The notes beneath the pieces were generated by a model. That model had not been told where the DNA came from. It worked only from the letters and a program-made list of their open reading frames with translations, and ran no database searches. Positions 56,567 to 64,000 of a stretch of DNA of 64,000 bases are shown here, piece by piece. Source of the DNA: Candidatus Fermentibacterota bacterium (GTDB taxonomy: Bacteria; Fermentibacterota; Fermentibacteria; Fermentibacterales; JCC-6); assembly GCA_963845085.1 (NCBI GenBank), contig CAWJQI010000004.1, forward strand, positions 224,001 to 288,000, written 5' to 3'. Position numbers and translations under genes: made by a program. Within the stretch, counting starts at the first letter, position 1; every line of letters starts with the position of its first letter.

Positions 56567-58392
56567 TTACCTCACCACAACTACCCGGGCATCGGCAGCG
56601 AAACCCGCACCCGAGGCACGCACGAGATATACACCCGATGGAGTTTCGAAGGCGTTCCACCGGAGCAGATTCTCTCCGGAATCAAGAACACCCCGGTGCA
56701 ACTCTTCCACCAGACGGCCGTCCAGTCCGTATACCGAGACGATGCAGTCAACGGGTTCCGGAAGGCTCAGGTGAACGACTGCTGTTGTGGTTGCAGGGCT
56801 GGGGCTGACACTGAGCCGGAGTGCAGGCTCCTCCTCTATCCCCAGTGGATCGTAGGTCACAGTGACCGAGTTGAGCTGGGGGGAGACTGAGGGATTGTCG
56901 CTGAGCATCGTCACCCGGTACTGCAGGTAGCTCTCGCCGTCGGCAAGGTATGTGGACAGGTCAGCAGGGGCGTAGAGCAATGCACTCCACTCCCCGAGGT
57001 TCCCGGGATCATCGGAACCCCTCACCTGGAAGCAGAGCTGGGTCTCGGCGGGAACAGAAGCATCCCAGGAAAGCTCTCCCCACGAAGCGTCGTTCACGTA
57101 CAGAATGTCGCTGTTGAGCCAGCCCGAAGAACAGAAGTCCTCACCAAGACGCCACCAGTAGAGGTCGGGATGCTTGTCACCGTAGAAGCTGCACACAAAG
57201 TCTTCCACCCCGTTGCCGTCGAAGTCGCCAGGGGCGACAAGACCACCGGCGCTTTCGGAATCGAGACCGTTTGAGAACGGGTACTCCATGAGAACCCTCT
57301 GGACGAACCTCTCCTGTGGGCTCCGGGTATTCTCGAACATCCCCACGCTGTTCTCTCCCCGGTAGATGATGTCCATGTCGCCGTCGCTGTCGTAGTCGAT
57401 GGATGCCAGGCCGTAGACGTTGTCATTGGTCTCCAGGTTGTAGTAGGGGTAGAACTCGGGTCCCTTGTACCAGCGGATGCGGCCGTAGTCGTAGCTCTGT
57501 CCCCCAGCCATCAAATCAGCAGTTCCGTCGGTATCAAGATCAACGAAGCTGGGAAACACTCTGAAGTATTTATGCAGGGTGGAGATACTACTTTATAGGC
57601 GTACCAGCCGGAAGGACCATCTCTCAAGAATGTAGACCATGCTCGCTGGTTCCTGCGACAAGCATGACAGCGACAGAAAGATACCCGTCGCCTGTGATGT
57701 AGGCTGCAGCCATTTCTGGACCACTGTAGCCTCCAGCTACTTCATGGATATACAGAACAGACTTAGTCCAGGTAAGTCCGCCTCCAAGGTTCCTGTAGAA
57801 AAGAAGTCTCGCACTGTCATTTACATAATCATTTAGCATGCTAATAATATCATTTTTGCCATCTCCATCCAAGTCCACAACAACACCCGAAACAGGATCG
57901 ATCTGTCTCCACCAGTCTTCTCTGCCATTCCTGGTTGGGGTCGTTCGGGTTCTCCCACCAGAAGAGAGAGTCTGCTCCTCCGACTGCATCATCAAGACCA
58001 TCACCATTCAAGATCGCCTGCGAAGATCGTCACGATGCTGTCGGCGGAACCAACGAACTGGCTTGGCCACAGGTACGGATTACCATTGAGATGGATACGC
58101 CCAAATGGACTGTCCGAAGGCACATGAGCAGATCTGTGTAAGTCATCGCCATTGATGTGTGCGTGCTCTGAGAAGGAACGTCGCCATTATCAGACACCTT
58201 TGCCGATTCCAGCGCCGCACCCAGAGTCAAAGCTCCCTGAGCCTGCCATCCCATGCCGGAGCAGGAGCCGAAGTCCGATCCCCAGTCTGTTGTTGTGACT
58301 TCTCCCGAGGGGCCGCCGCTCCAGTCGGTCTGAACCATCGATGCCGCAAGAACCATGCCGGTTGTCAGAAGAACAAGCGCTGCGCTTTTCAT
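56567..58392 (-). pseudogene. Secreted FG-GAP/VCBS-repeat protein with T9SS-type CTD; several frameshifts between about 57550 and 58200
   Basis: Signal peptide and QTDWSGGP at 58392; DxDGDG-like repeats spread over different frames; intact 3' part with SPSP..VYGLDGRLV..PSGVYLV. Confidence 0.75.
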
Positions 58393-58681
58393 GCCGCTAC
58401 CTCCCCCCGTCCAGAAGGACGAGCTTCTCTATGAACAATGGTGTGTTTTCATCCGAAAGAACAGTGAAGTGAATTCCTGCGGGATGAGCGAAGGAGGAGA
58501 GTTAAGGACAATTATCGCAGGAACCTGCTCAGCACGCCAAATATCCGGCAATACAGGGGAGGTTCACCGGCTTACCTGCCTGGAAGTCCGGGCGTGCAAC
58601 ATTCCGTTACATGTGGTTCACATCCCGTGCAAATCGCTCCGGCAGAGTACCAACGGGTCATCAACCAAAGGAGTGTATGAA

Positions 58682-59254
58682 ATGACCACCATTTTTACGC
58701 TGTTCATGGTGCTCGCCTCGGAACAGGCCGGAACCTCCGGGATCGTCAGGGTTACGGTGGAGGGTTTCAACTCGAGGGAGGGTCGGCTTGTTGCTTTTCT
58801 CTTTCAGGAGGAGGCGGGATTGCCCCCTTCCGTGGATGAGATATTCGCCGGCAGTTCGGCCGTCATCGCCGACAGTGCTTTGACCGTATCGTTCATGGGC
58901 GTTCCTGACGGAGAGTATGCACTGTTGGCCTTCCAGGACCTGAACGGCAACGGGATGCCCGACATCGGGGCATCCTCAGGTCTCTCGGAACCTTTTTGCT
59001 ACTCGCGCTCCGGATGCACGGAGACACCGCCCTTCGGACCCGGCGAGGGCGCCGGGCCGATCCCGGGAGAACGTCCCGGAAACCGTTCGGGCGAGATTGT
59101 CTTCGACATGATCTCGTTCCGGCATGAGGGGGATGAAACCCTTGTGGAATTGACCCTGTCGGAGGGAAGACGGCCGGCGGACAGGCCCGATGGCGCTCCT
59201 GAAGGTGCACCCGGGGGAGGCCCCGGCGGAATGCCGGGAGGGGGCTTTCGTTAG
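58682..59254 (+). CDS. DUF2141-family exported protein with Gly/Pro-rich tail
   Basis: AAGGAG RBS; VPDGEYALLAFQDLNGNG, EPFCYS. Confidence 0.75.
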   Translation: MTTIFTLFMVLASEQAGTSGIVRVTVEGFNSREGRLVAFLFQEEAGLPPSVDEIFAGSSAVIADSALTVSFMGVPDGEYALLAFQDLNGNGMPDIGASSGLSEPFCYSRSGCTETPPFGPGEGAGPIPGERPGNRSGEIVFDMISFRHEGDETLVELTLSEGRRPADRPDGAPEGAPGGGPGGMPGGGFR

Positions 59255-60477
59255 GAGTGGGCAAGAGCGGTAACAGGTTCCATGGCGGAAGCCCTGGCGG
59301 CGGGAAACAGGCCCGCCGCCACACCAACGACCGCGCTGGTGAGGAAGGCGATGATAATGCTCAGCGGCTCGATCCCGGCCGGAACCCCGGTGAATGCTGA
59401 AATGATGCGCGCCAGCCAGATCCCCGCGAAAATGCCTCCAAACCCGCCGACAATTGAGAGGACCGCCGATTCGGTTATGAACTGGCCCAGGATCTGGGGT
59501 TTTCCGGCGCCAAGGGCCTTTCTCAAGCCGATCTCCCTTGTCCTCTGGGTCACACTCACCAGCATGATGTTCGCAATTCCGACCGAGCCGATCAGAAGCG
59601 AGAGGCCGGACAGCCCCAGAAGCCCGATGAAAAGCCACTTCGAAACATCAGAGAATCCCTCCTGGAGCTGGCTCGGCGTCATGATGTCGAAATTGTTGTC
59701 ATCCTCAACGCCGAGGCCCCGAAGCTGCCTCATGCATGTTTCCACAACGGTGGTCATGCTGTCGAGCGCTGCGGGGTCACTTATCTCAACCATGAGGGAG
59801 AGGTTTTGTCCAAGGTTTCCCCACCTGCGGAACACGGTCCAGGGGATGACCACCACGTTGTCCTGCTCTGCTCCCATCATCTGACCCTCGTCGGTCAGGG
59901 TACCGATCACCATGAGGCTTACACCCTGGGCTTCAATCCTGCGCCCCACTGCCGATTCCCCTTCGAACAGCCTTTCCGAAACCCCCGTTCCCAGAATGCA
60001 CACATCCTGCCCCACGGCGATCTCGTACTCCGTGAGGAACCTTCCTTCGGAGAGGTTTCGATGGCCTGCATCAAGCCACCCCTCCGAGGTGCCGAGAAGG
60101 CTGACGCTCATCTCCACGCCGTCGGTTGTCTTCACGGTGGAAACGGTCCGGGCCAGAGGAACCACTGCGCTCACGCCCTGAATCGCCTCCAGTGCGTCTG
60201 CGTAGCCGGTCTCCAACTCGGGCCGGCTTTCCTGCAACCTGCCCATACCGCCCCCCATTGCCGGTCCGGCTGTCCGCTGGATGTAGATCGTGCCGGTTCC
60301 CATGCTCTCGAACGAATCCTCGACCTCGGCGCTGAAGCCCTGCAAAAGGCTTGTGACGGCCGTCATGGCGGCAATCCCTATCGCCACTCCGAGCATCGTC
60401 AGAAAGCTTCTCATCCTGTTCGCGCCGAGTGCTCCGAAGGCGGTCGTGATGTGCTGCAGCAGCAGGCGGCTATTCAT
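59251..60477 (-). CDS. MacB/FtsX-type ABC permease
   Basis: RSFLTMLGVAIG, GIANIMLVSVTQRTREIGLRKALGA. Confidence 0.92.
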   Translation of the reverse strand: MNSRLLLQHITTAFGALGANRMRSFLTMLGVAIGIAAMTAVTSLLQGFSAEVEDSFESMGTGTIYIQRTAGPAMGGGMGRLQESRPELETGYADALEAIQGVSAVVPLARTVSTVKTTDGVEMSVSLLGTSEGWLDAGHRNLSEGRFLTEYEIAVGQDVCILGTGVSERLFEGESAVGRRIEAQGVSLMVIGTLTDEGQMMGAEQDNVVVIPWTVFRRWGNLGQNLSLMVEISDPAALDSMTTVVETCMRQLRGLGVEDDNNFDIMTPSQLQEGFSDVSKWLFIGLLGLSGLSLLIGSVGIANIMLVSVTQRTREIGLRKALGAGKPQILGQFITESAVLSIVGGFGGIFAGIWLARIISAFTGVPAGIEPLSIIIAFLTSAVVGVAAGLFPAARASAMEPVTALAHS

Positions 60478-61696
60478 ATCTGAGAGCCTCAATGGGAACG
60501 AGCTCCGCGGCTTTCCACGCAGGGAATACTCCGAAGAGAAGACCCACCAGCACTGAAAAACCCATTGCCACCGCCACCGACCAGCCTGATACAACTGCTG
60601 GCAGAGGGGTAAGCCGGTTCACAGCGGTTATCACGGCGACCCCCAGCAGGAGTCCGGCGATTCCGCCGTTGACCGACACGATCACCGCTTCGGCAAGGAA
60701 CTGAAGCACGATGTCGGATTTCCTTGCACCTATGGCCCTTCTCGTACCGATCTCCCTTGTCCTCTCGGTCACGCTCACCAGGGTTATGTTCATTATTCCT
60801 ATTCCGCCCACCAGCAGCGAGATGGCTGCTATGCCGATCGTCACTGCGGCAACCGTCGACAGCAGCTCATCGATCGAGCTCAGCGCGCTTTCCTGGGTGA
60901 TGATGTAGAAGTTGTCTTCATCGTCCGCCGACAGCCCCCTGACCCTGCGCAGAATGCTCGCGGCCTCCTCCCCGCAGGCTTCCATTGTCACTTCAGTTCT
61001 GGGAAGCACTGTGATTCGAACATCGCCGTCCGGTCTTGAGAACAGGCTCTGGAAAGTCTTGAAGGGCACGGTTATCTCATTGTCCAGCCCCATGCCGAAC
61101 ATGCTCCCGGATTCCTCGCCGATCCCCGTCACCGTGAACCTGTGCCCGTCCACCGTCACAGCTGACCCGATGTCGGCGCTGGTGAAGGAAAGCACCTCTG
61201 CCAGACCGGCTCCGAGAATGCACACCCTTGAGCGGGCTTCGTCCTCGGCCCAGGTGAAAAACCTCCCGGAAGCGACATCGGAGCCCGACACCACTTCGGT
61301 CGAGGGCGACACTCCCTGGATCATGACGTCCGATGCGCTGCTGCCGCCATACACAACCGATCCTGAGCCACTGCTGCTCCACGCGACCGCCTCGGCCGAG
61401 CCCATGTACTCCTCCAGCGATTCCGCATCATCCGATGTGAGTGCGGGCCACGAGCGAGACCTTGTCATCGATTCGAAATCGTGGAAGCCTGGGTTGTGCC
61501 TCGATACCTCGAACACCCTTGCGCTCAGCATGCTCTCGAACTGCTGCTCCACGAATCCTCCAACACCTGCGACGACCCCGACGAGAACCACAACTGCCGT
61601 CACGCCGACAAGCACGCCGAAGGATGTGAGGAAGCTCCGGACAGGGTTCGAGCGGAGGGAATGCAGCGCCGACAGGCAGATCTCCCACCACCTCAT
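60470..61696 (-). CDS. MacB/FtsX-type ABC permease
   Basis: RSFLTSFG, GGIGIMNITLVSVTERTREIG, EALRYE. Confidence 0.92.
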   Translation of the reverse strand: MRWWEICLSALHSLRSNPVRSFLTSFGVLVGVTAVVVLVGVVAGVGGFVEQQFESMLSARVFEVSRHNPGFHDFESMTRSRSWPALTSDDAESLEEYMGSAEAVAWSSSGSGSVVYGGSSASDVMIQGVSPSTEVVSGSDVASGRFFTWAEDEARSRVCILGAGLAEVLSFTSADIGSAVTVDGHRFTVTGIGEESGSMFGMGLDNEITVPFKTFQSLFSRPDGDVRITVLPRTEVTMEACGEEAASILRRVRGLSADDEDNFYIITQESALSSIDELLSTVAAVTIGIAAISLLVGGIGIMNITLVSVTERTREIGTRRAIGARKSDIVLQFLAEAVIVSVNGGIAGLLLGVAVITAVNRLTPLPAVVSGWSVAVAMGFSVLVGLLFGVFPAWKAAELVPIEALRYE

Positions 61697-62403
61697 GCTC
61701 CGGTGTCCTCAACGATCGAGCCGTCCCTGAGTTTGATCGCCCTCGTTCCCATGGACGCAACCTGCTGGTCGTGTGTCACAAGGAGGATCGTGTTGCCCTC
61801 GTCGTGAACCTGCATGATGAGTTCCATGATGGAAAGGCCGGTGTGGCTGTCGAGATTTCCCGTCGGCTCGTCTGCGAGAAGCAGTGACGGCCCTGTTACG
61901 AGCGCCCTTGCAATCGCAACCCGCTGCCTCTCCCCCCCGGAAAGCTGGTTGGATCTGTGATGCGCGCGGGAGGCCAGCCCGGTCTTCGAAAGCATTGCGA
62001 GTGACCGGCTCCTTCTCTCCTCGCGGGAAACCCCCGCGTACATCAGCGGCAGCTCTACGTTCTGAATGGCTGTCATGCGGGGCAGCAGGTTGAACGTCTG
62101 GAAGATGAAGCCGATGTGACGGTTCCTTATGCCGGCAAGCGTGCTGTCGTTCATCCCCCCCACCTGTCGGCCCATGAGCAGGTAGCTCCCGGAAGTCGGC
62201 TTGTCCAGGCACCCGATGATGCTCAGCAGTGTGCTCTTCCCCGATCCCGACGCCCCCATGATCGTGGTGAAAGCCCCCCGGTCGAGCCTGAGGTCGACAC
62301 CGGCAAGCGCCTCCACAAGAACCTCTCCCATCAGGTAGGATTTCCTGAGGCCCGATGCGTCAACTACCGGCGTGCGGGAAGCCGGGGCCTGCACTTCCGT
62401 CAT
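61693..62403 (-). CDS. MacB/LolD-type ABC ATP-binding protein
   Basis: [41 protein letters not shown]. Confidence 0.94.
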   Translation of the reverse strand: MTEVQAPASRTPVVDASGLRKSYLMGEVLVEALAGVDLRLDRGAFTTIMGASGSGKSTLLSIIGCLDKPTSGSYLLMGRQVGGMNDSTLAGIRNRHIGFIFQTFNLLPRMTAIQNVELPLMYAGVSREERRSRSLAMLSKTGLASRAHHRSNQLSGGERQRVAIARALVTGPSLLLADEPTGNLDSHTGLSIMELIMQVHDEGNTILLVTHDQQVASMGTRAIKLRDGSIVEDTGA

Positions 62404-63532
62404 CTCCTCCACCCCCCTCCGGCGCTCCGGGGACGTCGCCGTCGCCCAGGGTGCGCAGCAGTGCGGTGGGGCCGCTCACTATGCTGTCCCCGGGGGTCAC
62501 CCCGGTTACCTCGATCTCCATTACGCTGTTCACTCCGGTCTCCACCGGGACCACATGAACCCTGCCGTTCTCAACCCTGAGCACCGCCGACACTTCCCCT
62601 GCGTCGCCAACCTGCCTCCGTACAATGCTCTGGATGGGCACTATCACGCAGGAATCGCTTCTTGCTGTGAGGATCCCAACCGAGGCTGACATTCCCGAGC
62701 GCATCCTCGGGTCAACGGCATCCAGCTTCACCAGCACCTCGTACTCGGCTGCGGTCTCGCCGCCCGCGTCGTTGGACGAAGCCAGCCCGACGCTCTCGAC
62801 AACCCCCGGGAACGTCATGTCGGGCAGGGCGTCAAGCGTGGCCTCGGCTGCCATGCCCTCCCGAACGTTCACCACCTCGCTCTCGACCATGGTCACGCGC
62901 ACAAGGAAAGCGGACATGTCCTCGATGGTGAGAAGCACCGTCCCGGCGTTGTTCATGGTACCCACCACGGCCATCTCACCCTCCTCCACGTTCACCGCGG
63001 TAACTGTGCCGTCAACCGGCGCGGTGTAGGAAGTCTCCCCCATGTCGTCCTCGGCACGGGTTTCACCGGCGAGCGCCATGGTCAGCTCCGCCCTCGCCGT
63101 GGCCACGTCCTCATCCGCCGCCGTGAGTTCCTCCCGGTTGGACAGACCGGCATCCCACAGGGCATGGATGCGCGTCTGCTGTCTTATGGCCCTCTCGACG
63201 GCGACCGTTGCCATCCCCACCTGGGCGCGGGCTTCGGAAAGCCCCGCCCGGGCGTCACTCGTTTCGAGCGTCAGAAGGAGCTGGCCGGCCGCAACCGTAT
63301 CGCCCTCCTGTACCGTTATTGATTCGATGAGCCCAGCCCTTGCGGCACTGATCGAAACCTTGCGCACGCCCTCGAGTGTGCCTGACCCGTCCGCACGCTC
63401 CGAAAGGCTGCCCAGCCTGGCCAAAGTTATCTGCACCCCGGTTTCCACAGGAGCCGGTTTTCCTGCAAGGCCGGCTACCAGAACGGCGACCGGAATCACA
63501 AGAAGAAGCAGGAATCCATTCCGCCTTTTCAT
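62360..63532 (-). CDS. MacA/HlyD-type periplasmic adaptor
   Basis: VQEGDTV, APVDGTV, VVGTMNNAGT, MRSGMSA. Confidence 0.9.
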   Translation of the reverse strand: MKRRNGFLLLLVIPVAVLVAGLAGKPAPVETGVQITLARLGSLSERADGSGTLEGVRKVSISAARAGLIESITVQEGDTVAAGQLLLTLETSDARAGLSEARAQVGMATVAVERAIRQQTRIHALWDAGLSNREELTAADEDVATARAELTMALAGETRAEDDMGETSYTAPVDGTVTAVNVEEGEMAVVGTMNNAGTVLLTIEDMSAFLVRVTMVESEVVNVREGMAAEATLDALPDMTFPGVVESVGLASSNDAGGETAAEYEVLVKLDAVDPRMRSGMSASVGILTARSDSCVIVPIQSIVRRQVGDAGEVSAVLRVENGRVHVVPVETGVNSVMEIEVTGVTPGDSIVSGPTALLRTLGDGDVPGAPEGGGGDDGSAGPGFPHAGS

Positions 63533-63533
63533 T

Positions 63534-64000
63534 TCATTCTCCAACTCTCGGGCTGATGCCGCACAGGACAAGGTAGTCGACCTCGGCGATCAGGCAGTCT
63601 GCAACGGCAGTCACCCGGGCAGCTTCGGCTTCTGCGAGTTCCGCCTGCGCCTCGAGCAGCCCTGCCAGTTCAAGCGCCCCCATCCGGTGACGCAGTAGAG
63701 CCAGTTCGGCCTTCTCAGAGGCATATTCAACCCGCAGCTTCGACAGCTCAAGGCCCCTGATCGATGAGAGCAGGGCTTCCCTCAACTGCACGGCCGCCGC
63801 CGCATTTTCATCGCCGGCTTCGGAAAGCTCCGCCCCGGCCCTGAGAAGTGAGGCGCGCGCGCTCATGAGCTGCCCGTTTCGGAGCCAGCCGTCGTAAAGC
63901 GGCCAGTCGAGGCTCAGCTTCACATTCCATGAGGTGTTTTCATCCAGGTCTCCGAAATCGGGTTCGTCGTTGTTCCACCCCACCGACCCACCGACGGACA
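63534..64000 (-). CDS. TolC-family outer-membrane protein, C-terminal part (5' end outside the window)
   Basis: LSLDWPLYDG, RHRMG..LLEAQ; directly upstream of the adaptor gene. Confidence 0.8.
   Translation of the reverse strand, partial: SVGGSVGWNNDEPDFGDLDENTSWNVKLSLDWPLYDGWLRNGQLMSARASLLRAGAELSEAGDENAAAAVQLREALLSSIRGLELSKLRVEYASEKAELALLRHRMGALELAGLLEAQAELAEAEAARVTAVADCLIAEVDYLVLCGISPRVGE

Noticed and set aside
57624..57626. TGA in the FG-GAP gene as a second selenocysteine
   Set aside because: It lies in a multiply frameshifted stretch, with no Cys motif or evident hairpin after it.
57540..58200. Diversity-generating retroelement target
   Set aside because: No reverse transcriptase or template/variable repeat pair in the window, and the changes are indels rather than adenine substitutions.
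1..64000. CRISPR array, rRNA/tRNA genes, prophage, transposases
   Set aside because: No regularly spaced repeats, RNA gene signatures, integrase, transposase or phage genes recognised.

Overview
High-GC (about 60% by eye) bacterial chromosome segment. TGA serves as an ordinary stop in many ATGA/GTGA/TTGA gene overlaps, so the code is standard code 11. Secreted proteins with T9SS-type/FlgD-like C-terminal domains, a 'FGAIK' C-terminal motif, an archaeal/eukaryotic-type ProRS, class II RNR and a W/Mo-type aldehyde oxidoreductase suggest an anaerobic diderm of the FCB group, possibly Ca. Fermentibacterota (inference). Contents in order: nrdJ (partial); a coupled envelope-glycosylation operon (LpxH-like, GT2, GT4, epimerase, flippase-like, YfhO/GT-C, flippase-radical SAM fusion); panB-purD-purE-tsaC; proS; ABC exporter; gingipain-like C25 protease; MscS-cNMP; two S9 peptidases; an ECF sigma operon; a CheR-PAS hybrid kinase; a two-permease RND pump; ferredoxin plus AOR; a GGDEF-STAND-TPR protein; several secreted proteins; a B12 radical SAM; and a MacAB-TolC-type operon. 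Top candidate: a gene the ORF track truncates (53257-53877) with an RBS, a signal peptide, an in-frame UGA in a C-x-x-U motif and a SECIS-like hairpin immediately downstream, i.e. a candidate secreted, non-thioredoxin selenoprotein. Three genes carry apparent single-base frameshifts that may be assembly errors. No rRNA, tRNA, CRISPR array or transposase was recognised.
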